Notes under the pieces: generated by a model | The model's input: only the letters and a program-made list of their open reading frames with translations | Databases searched by the model: none | What the model was told of the DNA's origin: nothing | Translations under genes and position numbers: made by a program | From: an uncultured Erysipelotrichaceae bacterium | GTDB taxonomy: Bacteria; Bacillota_I; Bacilli_A; RF39; UBA660 | Length of the DNA stretch: 64,000 nucleotides | Assembly (NCBI GenBank): GCA_902764545.1 | Contig: CACWWC010000009.1 | Location: 5,540 to 69,539 of the forward strand | Direction of reading: 5' to 3' | Shown here: in pieces, positions 46,984-56,980 of the stretch | Numbering within the stretch: position 1 is the stretch's first letter | Layout of the letters: every line of letters starts with the position of its first letter

Positions 46984-47848
46984 GGGATCCCCTTTTTAAA
47001 TATAATATAACTTCATCAACTAAATTATCAGGTGTTGATGCACCAGCCATAATTCCTACTTTTGAATCACTTTTAATTTCTATATCTTTTAGTTCCTTAT
47101 AGTCTTGAATTAAATATGTATTTTTACAATTTTCTTTAGAGATAGTTTCTAACTCCTTAGTATTTGAACTTTTTTTACCACCTATAATTATCATGTAATC
47201 TACTTTTTTAGATAAATCCTCTGTTTCTTTTTGACGACTGCTTGTTGCATTACATATTGTCTTATCAACCTCAATAAACAAGTTATATTCATCTGATATC
47301 TTATTTACAAGATATTCAAACTTTATACTGTTAAATGTAGTTTGAGATATTATAAATAGTTTCTTTAATTTTGATTCCTTGATAATATTTTTTAATTGTT
47401 TTATATCATCTTCATCTTCTACTATATATGAATAGTTGCCTGCAAAACTTTTTAATCCTAATGCTTCTGGATGATTTTTTTTACCAATGATTATTATAAA
47501 GTGATCTTTATTTTTTTGAATAATTTTACTTTTAATTACTTTGATTTTTCCACAGGTTAAATCTATCAAATCTATGTTTTTTTCTTTTGCTTTGTCATAA
47601 GTTTCTTTAATCTCTCCATGTGCTCTGATAATAACCTTAGAGTTTTGAGGACATTTATCAATTTGGTTTATTGTTATCATACCTTTTGATTCTAAGTCTT
47701 TAATAACACTTTCATTATGAACAATTTCTCCTAAGCAATATACGTTATGATATTTTTTGATTACTTCATTTGCTTTTTCTATAGTATATTTAACCCCATT
47801 ACAAAATCCGCTTAATTTTCCAACTATGATTTGCATAAATTTCACCAT
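46970..47848 (-). CDS. ispH: 4-hydroxy-3-methylbut-2-enyl diphosphate reductase
   Basis: 292 aa. N-terminal GFCNGVKYTI cluster-binding Cys, and CNAT and ASTPD signatures of IspH/LytB. Confidence 0.8.
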   Translation of the reverse strand: MVKFMQIIVGKLSGFCNGVKYTIEKANEVIKKYHNVYCLGEIVHNESVIKDLESKGMITINQIDKCPQNSKVIIRAHGEIKETYDKAKEKNIDLIDLTCGKIKVIKSKIIQKNKDHFIIIIGKKNHPEALGLKSFAGNYSYIVEDEDDIKQLKNIIKESKLKKLFIISQTTFNSIKFEYLVNKISDEYNLFIEVDKTICNATSSRQKETEDLSKKVDYMIIIGGKKSSNTKELETISKENCKNTYLIQDYKELKDIEIKSDSKVGIMAGASTPDNLVDEVILYLKRGSHERT

Positions 47849-47887
47849 AAATATTATATAACAAAAAAAGTAGAATTACATCTACTT

Positions 47888-48193
47888 TTAATAATTAACT
47901 GTTCCTGTTCCGTTTTCATCTGTTGCTGACATTTTTTCAATTACAGTAGAAATATTACGTACTTGATTTTCTACTGTTGTGATAAAACTAGGAATTTTTT
48001 CTGCTAACTCATCCCATGATTGTCTAAATTCAGTTGCGGCAACACCATCCCATGCTGTTCCATTTGTTCCAACAGATTCTTTTATTTCTTTATCAATATC
48101 TTGCAAGCTAGTTCTTGTTTCTTCACTTGATGTCTTTATATCTGCTAATATTTCTTTTATTTGTTCAAAATTTAACTCATTTGCTAAAGCCAT
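47888..48193 (-). CDS. WXG100-family protein (EsxA/YukE-like)
   Basis: 101 aa. Central TAWDGVAATEFRQSWDELAEKIPSF aligns with B. subtilis YukE WEGASSEAFADQYEQLKPSF. Confidence 0.75.
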   Translation of the reverse strand: MALANELNFEQIKEILADIKTSSEETRTSLQDIDKEIKESVGTNGTAWDGVAATEFRQSWDELAEKIPSFITTVENQVRNISTVIEKMSATDENGTGTVNY

Positions 48194-48207
48194 TTTATCA
48201 TCTCCTT

Positions 48208-48501
48208 CTAATTAAACGAATTTTTAACTGCTGTTGAAGTTTCATCTAATTCCAACATTTTAGAATTTAATTTATTACAGAAATTTGTCATATATTCTCT
48301 TGCATCAAAAAGTGTTTGTCTATTTTCGTTATATTTTGAAACTAATGCTTCATAGATTCCAACCTCTGATGTTTTAAGAGCTTCAGATAATTCCTTTATT
48401 TTTGCATCTAATGTGTTTATTGCATCAGAATATTTTGCAGTTTGTCTTACTGAGTTATCTAATGTAGCTTGCATTTCTGCTAATGAAAATTTTAATGCCA
48501 T
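48208..48501 (-). CDS. small helical WXG100-like protein (97 aa, no W-x-G)
   Basis: Same size, position and helical-hairpin character as Esx partner proteins. Confidence 0.45.
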   Translation of the reverse strand: MALKFSLAEMQATLDNSVRQTAKYSDAINTLDAKIKELSEALKTSEVGIYEALVSKYNENRQTLFDAREYMTNFCNKLNSKMLELDETSTAVKNSFN

Positions 48502-48584
48502 TGCATATCCTCCTTATATTTATTATTACATTTTTATTTTACTAAAGATATTTTTTCATGTCAATATTTCACGTCAATAACATG

Positions 48585-49904
48585 TCAAGTTAATTTTTCA
48601 GCTTGTTCCTTAGTAATTCTCTTATAATTATTGTCATAATATAACGTACCATTTTCCGTATTTATTTGATAGTATAATACATCATTATCATTGTTTGTTA
48701 CAATGTATTCACCATAACTACTCTTATTTAGATATGTATTAATTCCTTCTTTATCTGATTTTACTTCACTCCATGTTTTCGAATAATCTTTTTCAACATC
48801 TTCGGTTGTTGTTTTTTCATTCGTGACATATCTGCCTTCTCTTAAACTTGCCAAATTGTCTAATTCTGTTTCTTGAACGACTATCTGTCCCGGATCTGCG
48901 GTAAAGTCTTGAGAGCGTGTTAATGCAACTGTTGTATTTTCAGATATAGCATTTCCACTGGCGTCATAATAATAATTATGTCCATCCTTGGCTATTGCAG
49001 ATAAAAATAAAATGTTGCCGGCAGAATTTGTGTATATCTTATATTCTGTTCCGTCTTTTGTATATTTGTATGTTGTTCCTGAACCACTAGCAGTTATAAC
49101 TGTTTGACCAGCATTAGCATCTATCCACTTTGAACTATTTTTTTCAATATCGTTTAATAGTTCAGGATTATCTGAAGCATATATTCGATCACTTTCTGTT
49201 GATTTTAAATCTGTTGAATTCTTGCCATATTTTTCATACATTGCTTTAAGATAGTCTTCATAAGTTGGATATTTTTTTCTCAATGCTGGACGTCTACTAT
49301 ATTCTGATTTTGTTGCTATATTTGAACAATTATCTTTTGCGGCATCACTATAGCTACTCCACGCTGTCCATAGTGTCGCTAATCTTTTATTTATTTCTTT
49401 TATCTTAGTTGAGTTCTCGTCTACCAATTTTTTTATTGGACTAATCATATTATTATATTTTACGTTAATCTCTTCTATCATATTAGGTGTTAATGTTGTA
49501 TTATTATCTTGATAACCTTTTATTTCATTAGATTGCTGTGTGTTTATTGAACTAATCTTATCATTTAATGCACTTGTATTTTTTTCGATTTGATTCTTTA
49601 ATCTTATTAGCTCTTCTTCTTCTTTTTCTCTTGATTTTGTATCTATCTGTTTTTTATACTCTTTCAACAGTTCTAATATTGAATTATAGTCTGTAATTAA
49701 ACTTTTTCCATAACTATTAAAATCTGAACTACCACTGAGAATAGTATTTTGTCCCAAACCATTTCCTTCTTGCGTTTCTTTTTGTAACACTGAAATTCTA
49801 TCAGAAATAACACGCATTGCATTATTGATTGGTGTTTCTGCAATATCATCAATATTGTTATGGTTCAATATCTTATCTAATTCTGTTTCTTTAGTAATTT
49901 CCAT
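48585..49904 (-). CDS. hypothetical protein (439 aa), coiled-coil N-terminal half and C-terminal Tyr/Asp/Gly repeats
   Basis: C-terminal TYKYTKDGTEYKIYTNSAGN…YYYDASGNAI…YYQINTENGTLYYDNNYK resembles YD/cell-wall-binding-type repeats. Confidence 0.45.
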   Translation of the reverse strand: MEITKETELDKILNHNNIDDIAETPINNAMRVISDRISVLQKETQEGNGLGQNTILSGSSDFNSYGKSLITDYNSILELLKEYKKQIDTKSREKEEEELIRLKNQIEKNTSALNDKISSINTQQSNEIKGYQDNNTTLTPNMIEEINVKYNNMISPIKKLVDENSTKIKEINKRLATLWTAWSSYSDAAKDNCSNIATKSEYSRRPALRKKYPTYEDYLKAMYEKYGKNSTDLKSTESDRIYASDNPELLNDIEKNSSKWIDANAGQTVITASGSGTTYKYTKDGTEYKIYTNSAGNILFLSAIAKDGHNYYYDASGNAISENTTVALTRSQDFTADPGQIVVQETELDNLASLREGRYVTNEKTTTEDVEKDYSKTWSEVKSDKEGINTYLNKSSYGEYIVTNNDNDVLYYQINTENGTLYYDNNYKRITKEQAEKLT

Positions 49905-49906
49905 AA

Positions 49907-51247
49907 TTATGCCTCGCCCCCTTCAGTATCTTCTATATCATCTAATATGTTGTTTTCTATAGTTTCATTTTCAATTTCAGATTCTAATAATGATTGCTTT
50001 TCTTTTTGTTCTATGTCTCCTTTTGTTTTTTTTACTTTCTTTGCAACTCCTACTCCTCCTCCTGCTATTCCTGCAAATCCTAATATATATGCAATTGCTG
50101 TTACTGAAAGTGTGCTTCCTTTTTTTATTTCTGTATTAGCTTTTGACTCAGGCCTAATTATTTCCGTTATTAAATTATCAGCTATTGTATTTCTTTTTGA
50201 TATTTCACTTAGTGTGTTATTTAAATCATAAATATCCAATTCATCTTTTTGATCTATAACTAGCGCCATCGCTAATTTATCACTGTTTACAGTATTGTCA
50301 TCTTCAAAGATATCAAATCCATATGTATCTTTTAATATATTTCTTAAAGATTTGTTTTTCTTTGCTTCTTTTTCTAATAATTCTTTTAGTTCATCTACAT
50401 CTTTTTCGGCAACATTTATCTCTCCACCAAGGATATTATTTGTCTCTTCTTCAGAATACCCTGCATTTTGTAATTTTTGTTTTATTAAATCTTCTTCTGA
50501 TAAGTCTACTGATGTATTTAATAGATATGGTTTTAGTTCTTCTTCAGGTATATTTTCTTCTAATTTTTGAATACTTTCTGCTATTCCTGTTGCACCTAAG
50601 GTCGTTGCTGCCCCAATACTTGCTCCTGTACCTATCTTAGATGCGGAACTGTAGTCTACACTTTTTGATAATTGTGGAGAGGATGATGCTATCCTTTTTT
50701 CTGTGGTTGATTTTAAGGATGGTGTTTCAGATTTTGTTGGTGTAATTTTGCTAGTTGATGTATCATAATTTGATCCAATATTATCAAGTCTATCTGAGAT
50801 TTCCTGACTAAATGATTGTGGATCATAATCAGCCACTCCAGTTTGAATTGGTGTATATCCACTTGATGTATAGTTTGGACTATATGATTGATTTGCTGAT
50901 GATGCTGGTGAAGAACTAATATTAGTTGATACACTACCATCTTTTTCCGCATTACTGAATCCATTTAATGCAATATCTACTCGATCAGTTAATGCTGCAT
51001 AATTGTCATTTGTCTGTTTCATTGCTCTTGCAATACCATTATTATTTGACACTTCAAAATCCCCTAAAATATCTGATAAGTAATTGTCATGATTTTTACT
51101 TAATTGAGATAGTTCATCAATTAATGCCCCAAATGTATTTGATATTTCAGTATCGTTTGGCATTTGCTGACTCATATTTGTAAGTGTATTGCTTAAGGAC
51201 TCAAGATCAATGTTATTTTCTATTTGCGGCATTTTTCTTACCTCCAA
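49907..51247 (-). CDS. hypothetical protein (446 aa), helical N-terminal domain, Ser-rich linker, single C-proximal TM
   Basis: TM is TLSVTAIAYILGFAGIAGGGVGVA. First gene of the operon that ends with the WXG100 genes. Confidence 0.45.
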   Translation of the reverse strand: MEVRKMPQIENNIDLESLSNTLTNMSQQMPNDTEISNTFGALIDELSQLSKNHDNYLSDILGDFEVSNNNGIARAMKQTNDNYAALTDRVDIALNGFSNAEKDGSVSTNISSSPASSANQSYSPNYTSSGYTPIQTGVADYDPQSFSQEISDRLDNIGSNYDTSTSKITPTKSETPSLKSTTEKRIASSSPQLSKSVDYSSASKIGTGASIGAATTLGATGIAESIQKLEENIPEEELKPYLLNTSVDLSEEDLIKQKLQNAGYSEEETNNILGGEINVAEKDVDELKELLEKEAKKNKSLRNILKDTYGFDIFEDDNTVNSDKLAMALVIDQKDELDIYDLNNTLSEISKRNTIADNLITEIIRPESKANTEIKKGSTLSVTAIAYILGFAGIAGGGVGVAKKVKKTKGDIEQKEKQSLLESEIENETIENNILDDIEDTEGGEA

Positions 51248-51348
51248 TGCTATATCTTATAAGATTATTTTACCACATCTATTTAAATATAACTACATCT
51301 TGACAACCTATTTTACATAGAAAAAAACTATTTGCATAGTTTTTATTT

Positions 51349-52359
51349 TTATTTATCTTTTTTTATTATTTCTACAAGTTGGATGGGCATCCTTCTAATA
51401 TTTCTAACCGACTTTAATCCATACTTTTTTATGATGTCAAAACTATATTTATCTTTTGGATATTTTTCAATTAGTTTTATTTTCATTGTTTTATTTGCCC
51501 AATTTGGATATGGAGATTTTAAATCTATGTCTACTACTTTGCACTTGTAATAGATACATGAGTATGGTTTTCCAACATATATGTATACAATATCATTTAT
51601 GTTAATATTTCTTGGTTGTTTCCACTCAATAACGTTATTATTATCAAAATAATTGATTATATCAAAATATTTTGGATTTGTTGGTATTACCCACTCATTT
51701 ATCTCTATGGTATAGTTGTGACTTTTATCTATCAGTTCCATTATTTTGGAGTCATCTAATGTATCATCTAGTGTTATTGTTACCCAATATTTTTTATTCA
51801 TGTGATATGCTCTATAAAATCCTTTTTTTGTTACCAAAGTATCAATTTCTTCTTTTGGAAGCTTAATATTAATTACTTCTATCATTTTATCTTCATCGGT
51901 CAATTTATTCTTATTAATGTACATAATAATTCCATACCACTTTTTATTATTAGTATTTCTAAATACTGAATTATCCTCATCATTATCCCATAAAAATTCT
52001 GGGTTATCATCATATTTTTTTTTAATTAAATTGCTTATTCTATTTGCTTGATCACCTATATAGTATTTACTTCTGCAACAATTATTTCTTATCTCTTCTA
52101 ATATCTTAATAAACTCTTCTCTAACCCCATTTACAAATTCTCCTACTTGATTCTCAATTCTATAACTCAAATATTCTTCATTTATTTCCTTATCTATTAT
52201 TTTTCCTTTAAGCTTATTATTTTTATATGTAATTATTATTTCTAAGTTTTTATTTGGTATTGTATATCTATATGTTGGGATGTTTTTTTCGATAATAAAA
52301 CCATAGTCTATAAGTTTATTAAAATCTATTTCACATTTTTTAAATATATCTTCTTCCAT
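51349..52359 (-). CDS. MmcQ/YjbR-family DNA-binding domain protein with extra N- and C-terminal domains
   Basis: KWYGIIMYINKNKL…YRAYHMNKKYWVTITLDD matches the YjbR signature (…HMNKKHW…). Confidence 0.5.
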   Translation of the reverse strand: MEEDIFKKCEIDFNKLIDYGFIIEKNIPTYRYTIPNKNLEIIITYKNNKLKGKIIDKEINEEYLSYRIENQVGEFVNGVREEFIKILEEIRNNCCRSKYYIGDQANRISNLIKKKYDDNPEFLWDNDEDNSVFRNTNNKKWYGIIMYINKNKLTDEDKMIEVINIKLPKEEIDTLVTKKGFYRAYHMNKKYWVTITLDDTLDDSKIMELIDKSHNYTIEINEWVIPTNPKYFDIINYFDNNNVIEWKQPRNININDIVYIYVGKPYSCIYYKCKVVDIDLKSPYPNWANKTMKIKLIEKYPKDKYSFDIIKKYGLKSVRNIRRMPIQLVEIIKKDK

Positions 52360-52371
52360 TTTATCACTACC

Positions 52372-53439
52372 TTATTGCTTTCTTTTTTTTAATATGTTTT
52401 TTATTGATTCTCTTTTTTTTCTAAAATTATTATCACTTTTTATCACTTCATATATTAAATTCCAATTTTGTATAATACTTTCTACAAGTATATTTTTATC
52501 AACTGTATATGTACTTGCTAAAAGAAGAATTACATTTTCTTCTGGAGTTAAGTTATTTGTTGCTAATGAATCATTAAAAAAGAAGTCAATAAGATGGTTT
52601 GTTTTTTCATCTTCTATAGTGCTATCAAAATTCAGCTCTTGAACATCATCATTTTGAATCAAATGTGCTAATAGAGTTGTATCATTTCCTAATGATGGAA
52701 AGTATTTTTCATAATAATCTTCCATGTCAAATAAATAATATAGTTTATTGTTTGAATCAGACAATCTATACATTAAAGTTATTAATTGTACATAAGAATA
52801 ATATATTAACTGAGTGTTATTATTAAGATATTGATGTTTTTTTGATAAAAGTAGTCTATAGAAATGATATGAGATCATTTTTCTTCTTTCTTCATCTTTA
52901 ATATAATATTCATTATTTGTATATGATGATCCTATTTCTGAAAATAACATTGTTGGTAAGCCAAAAATTATACTTCTTATGACATTATCCATTGCAGTTT
53001 TATAAATCCTGATGACTTTTTGGAATTTGACTGGAGTTGAGTAGTATAATTCTGTAAAATTTTCATCTAAATATTGTTTTAATACTGGTACTTCTTCATC
53101 GGGAACTTCTTCTGATTCCAATTGTTCAAGCAACTCTTGTAAGTGTGGATTATCTTTTAGTTTTTGCATTGCTATTTCATATCTATTTTGATTAGTTTTT
53201 ATTATACTTGCATATATATCAAGGGCATATGTGTTAAGTGACTTTTCTAAATAATTTAGTAAATTCTTTATATCCTTTGTTATCTCTACTTTTTTAGCTA
53301 ATTCATGTAGATTAAAATATAACCTTAATTTTGAATAATAATATTTTGAGGTCCTTGGGTCGTACAAATCTTCATCTTTCATTGATCCTTCTTTAAATAA
53401 GTAATTAAACGAGGCGTTGATAAGTTCAAAATATGTCAT
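52372..53439 (-). CDS. hypothetical protein (355 aa)
   Basis: ORF track. Confidence 0.45.
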   Translation of the reverse strand: MTYFELINASFNYLFKEGSMKDEDLYDPRTSKYYYSKLRLYFNLHELAKKVEITKDIKNLLNYLEKSLNTYALDIYASIIKTNQNRYEIAMQKLKDNPHLQELLEQLESEEVPDEEVPVLKQYLDENFTELYYSTPVKFQKVIRIYKTAMDNVIRSIIFGLPTMLFSEIGSSYTNNEYYIKDEERRKMISYHFYRLLLSKKHQYLNNNTQLIYYSYVQLITLMYRLSDSNNKLYYLFDMEDYYEKYFPSLGNDTTLLAHLIQNDDVQELNFDSTIEDEKTNHLIDFFFNDSLATNNLTPEENVILLLASTYTVDKNILVESIIQNWNLIYEVIKSDNNFRKKRESIKNILKKRKQ

Positions 53440-53529
53440 ATTGCTTACTCCTTTGTATTTGGTATTATAACATATTTTTTTTCATTGAGAAATAAAAGCC
53501 AACACATGAATAGTGCTGACTATATTTAT

Positions 53530-54780
53530 TTATGATAAGGTAACTTCTACGTCTTTTTCTTTATATTTATTCTTTTCAATATAACTGATTGTCAATTTAA
53601 CTTTATCACCTTTATTTTTTTCGTATAGAATATCTGTAATATCTGACATTGATGATATTTCTTTTCCTTCTATTTTTGTAATTATATTTCCCATTTCAAG
53701 ACCTGCTTTATCTGCTCCAGAATTTTCATTTACTTTTGAAATGTAGAATCCTTGTGGACTGTTGTTGTATTTACTTTGTGACTTTGTAATAATATATCCT
53801 TCTATTCCTATAGTTCCACCTGATTCATCATTACTTCCGTTCATTAATTTTTCAATTAATTTTTTTACATCAGATATTGGTATGGCAAATCCCATTCCTT
53901 CGATACTTGCAGATGATGTAGAACCACTTGATGAATATTTTACGGAGTTTATACCTATTACTTCTCCGGCACTGTTTAAAAGCGCCCCTCCACTATTTCC
54001 TCCATTAATTGCTGCATCTATTTGAATCATCTTATTTTTTGTATTATCTACTGTAACTTCTCTATCTAATGCACTGACAACTCCTGTAGTTACAGATTGA
54101 CCATATCCTAGGGCATTTCCAATTGCTATAATACCGTTTCCTACTTTTAATTTTGAACTGTCGCCTATTGTTGCAATTTTTATTTTACTAAGCGTATCAT
54201 TATCTAGGCTAGATAATTTTACTGAGATGACAGCTACATCTTTTCTTTCAGATGTTCCTTTGATAGATGCATCTACGCTTTTTTCATTTACGAACTGAAC
54301 AGATAGTTCTTCTGCTCCTTCTACAACGTGATTGTTGGTTAATATTAATAATTCTGTGTCAGTTTTACTAATAATAATGCCTGAGCCTGCACCTTCTGAA
54401 TATTGTTCTTGATTAAAGAAGCTTGGTCCATATCTTCCAGTTGATACTAATGTTTTACTAGTTATTGAAACTATCGATGGCATTACTTCTTCTACAACTT
54501 CTGATACATCTGTTATATATACTCCTTCTTTTTGCTTAGTGTTAGTAGTTGTATAGTTTAATTCAGCTTTTTTTCCTGTTGGTAAATTCCCAAAATTTAT
54601 TAGTCCAATATTATTTAGAGCTATTATAAATGCTGCAAAAATTGCAATGATAAATACAACTATTACTATGTATATACCTACGTTTTTTTGTTTTTTGTTT
54701 ATAGAGTTCTTTGATTTTTCTTCTATTTTGACTTCTTCTTTAATTTCACTATTTATTTCTTTTTTTTCTTCTTTCTTCAC
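53530..54780 (-). CDS. htrA: HtrA/DegP-family serine protease with PDZ domain
   Basis: N-terminal TM. Catalytic triad context (TNNHVV; D; GNSGGAL) and a C-terminal PDZ. Confidence 0.8.
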   Translation of the reverse strand: MKKEEKKEINSEIKEEVKIEEKSKNSINKKQKNVGIYIVIVVFIIAIFAAFIIALNNIGLINFGNLPTGKKAELNYTTTNTKQKEGVYITDVSEVVEEVMPSIVSITSKTLVSTGRYGPSFFNQEQYSEGAGSGIIISKTDTELLILTNNHVVEGAEELSVQFVNEKSVDASIKGTSERKDVAVISVKLSSLDNDTLSKIKIATIGDSSKLKVGNGIIAIGNALGYGQSVTTGVVSALDREVTVDNTKNKMIQIDAAINGGNSGGALLNSAGEVIGINSVKYSSSGSTSSASIEGMGFAIPISDVKKLIEKLMNGSNDESGGTIGIEGYIITKSQSKYNNSPQGFYISKVNENSGADKAGLEMGNIITKIEGKEISSMSDITDILYEKNKGDKVKLTISYIEKNKYKEKDVEVTLS

Positions 54781-54843
54781 TTTTTTATCACCTCTTATAT
54801 ATTTATATAACTTAATTGTGAAAATTATATGAAATTATTAAAT

Positions 54844-55791
54844 TTATCCGTGACGTCCTCCACCGCTTGAATGACCCCCACCGGATGAACCACTACTTGA
54901 ATGAAAACTTCCTCCTCCAGAACTTCCTGAGTCAGATGAAATTGTGTGTTGTGTTGTATGAGAAGTTATAAAAACATCTTGCCTATTACTTATCTTTACA
55001 CTTTTCATATCAATATATTGATCTGCTCTAGTTTCTTTCATAATCATTTTATTCTTTTTTATTAATATCAAAATTATTATAAGCGTTATTATACTTGATA
55101 TGCCTAATGCAAGAATTATAGGAGGATGATATTTTTTAGGAGGAGCTTGAAGATAGCCATTTTCATCTATTGTATATCCTTCCATTTCACTGGACTTTCC
55201 GCTATCATAGTATGAATCCATTTTTGATATATAATTATTAAATCCTTCATAATAATTGCCACTATGTAAGTCATTATAAATATCATCTAATACTGATTCT
55301 AATCTATAATAATCAAAATATAATTGAGCTTCCCCAAATGTATAAATATTATAGTATGGGTCTTCTTCATATGTATTTCTGAATAATAAAACTCCACTAT
55401 AATTTTTATCTAGGTCAAGACCAAAATCGTTATAATCATAAAAATCTGCTGCATAATCTTCATTTTGTTTATCGCTTGAATATACTAAGCTATCAGTTAA
55501 AATAATTATTTCCATGTTAGTTTTATTTTTAAATTCTATGGACTTTTGTTTTAATTTTTCTATTTCTTCGTCTGTCATTACATTTGAAAAGTCATATATT
55601 TTTTCTTCTGAATCTACTAACTTTGTTCTTAAAACATTACTTCTATTATTTTCATTAATATTCCATTTTTTATTTACGCCTAGGTTATCTAGTTCTTCTC
55701 TATTTCTTGTTGTTGGAGTCTGTGCATTAACATTTATTAGGCCGATTAATAATATGAATAATACTAATAATATATATTTAAACTTTTTCAT
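54844..55791 (-). CDS. TPM-domain protein (YgcG-like) with a C-terminal Gly/Ser-rich tail
   Basis: Signal peptide, TPM-phosphatase-like domain, one TM and a GSSGGGSFHSSSGSSGGGHSSGGGRHG tail. Confidence 0.6.
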   Translation of the reverse strand: MKKFKYILLVLFILLIGLINVNAQTPTTRNREELDNLGVNKKWNINENNRSNVLRTKLVDSEEKIYDFSNVMTDEEIEKLKQKSIEFKNKTNMEIIILTDSLVYSSDKQNEDYAADFYDYNDFGLDLDKNYSGVLLFRNTYEEDPYYNIYTFGEAQLYFDYYRLESVLDDIYNDLHSGNYYEGFNNYISKMDSYYDSGKSSEMEGYTIDENGYLQAPPKKYHPPIILALGISSIITLIIILILIKKNKMIMKETRADQYIDMKSVKISNRQDVFITSHTTQHTISSDSGSSGGGSFHSSSGSSGGGHSSGGGRHG

Positions 55792-55795
55792 CTAA

Positions 55796-56905
55796 TTAAC
55801 CTCCCATAATAAACATTAGATAGCTTCCTATCATTATCACTGCAAATGATATAGAGAAAATTAGTATTGTGTATATAAGTGTTCTTTTTCCATCAAGCGG
55901 AATATTACCAATAAATTCTCCTGTTTGCCCGTTCATTGCAAAAATATGCATTTTATCTTTATATTTTACATTTACCATCCATACAGGTAACATAGCATAT
56001 TGTTTTTTTGTTTCCGTTGCAGTTAGATTATCTCCTGTGATAACTTTACTTGTATATCTTGTTGCGTCGCTATATAGTCTATCTTTACTGGAGTTTAGTG
56101 CACGCTTTTTGACTTCTTCGTAAACTTTGTCTCCTTCTTCATCATACTTTTCTGCATAAAAACCTGATAAATAAGCATGATTATAATCTTCTAATTCTGC
56201 AAAAGCAAATGGTTCGATAGAATTCATTATATCATTATCAAATCTTGATGAGCCATCTACGGGAATATTATGATAATCCATTGTTCCTCCACGAACAATA
56301 TTATACTTATCAGTTTTTGTATAATGAGTATCTCCACTAGTCCACTGTGTTACAATATTACCGGTCATATTTACGTCACCGGAGATATTAATATCATATA
56401 ACCAAAAAGGAATATATACACCTTTTATTTTCTCTATATTCTTTTCACTATTAAAGTCTTTTGGCATTAAGGGTCTTCCTTTACTAAGCCCTTTAAATGC
56501 TTTAATTGCTTCTTCTTTTTCTTTTTTAAAAGGAATAATTTTATCTGGGGTAAAGTTTCCAGATAGTTTGCTTTTTAGTATTGCTGTATTTCCACAATAC
56601 ACACAAAATGTCGCGGCAGTTTGCTCATCTGCAATAATCTCTGCACCACAACTTTCACATCTGTATGTAATATATGAATTATAATCATCTTTTACTTTTT
56701 GCTCTTTTTTTGGTTTGTTCTTATCATCTGTTGATGCATTGTCACTATGCTGTTTCATTTCTTCTAATGTAAATTCACTTCCACAGTACTCACATTTAAA
56801 TTTTTTTAACTTAGGATTATATTTTATAGATGCTCTACATGCCGGACATCTATTTTCTAGTGTATCCTCATTAACTATTTTCTTTTCCTCGGTCAAATTG
56901 ATCAC
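55796..56905 (-). CDS. double zinc-ribbon protein with a C-terminal TM anchor (369 aa)
   Basis: CPACR…CEYCG and CESCG…CVYCG motifs. C-terminal hydrophobic helix. Confidence 0.5.
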   Translation of the reverse strand: MINLTEEKKIVNEDTLENRCPACRASIKYNPKLKKFKCEYCGSEFTLEEMKQHSDNASTDDKNKPKKEQKVKDDYNSYITYRCESCGAEIIADEQTAATFCVYCGNTAILKSKLSGNFTPDKIIPFKKEKEEAIKAFKGLSKGRPLMPKDFNSEKNIEKIKGVYIPFWLYDINISGDVNMTGNIVTQWTSGDTHYTKTDKYNIVRGGTMDYHNIPVDGSSRFDNDIMNSIEPFAFAELEDYNHAYLSGFYAEKYDEEGDKVYEEVKKRALNSSKDRLYSDATRYTSKVITGDNLTATETKKQYAMLPVWMVNVKYKDKMHIFAMNGQTGEFIGNIPLDGKRTLIYTILIFSISFAVIMIGSYLMFIMGG

Positions 56906-56980
56906 CTTCCATGATTATATTAATTATAGCATATAAATTATTTATATGGTAAAGTAATTGTATTTTTTGATATAATTTCT

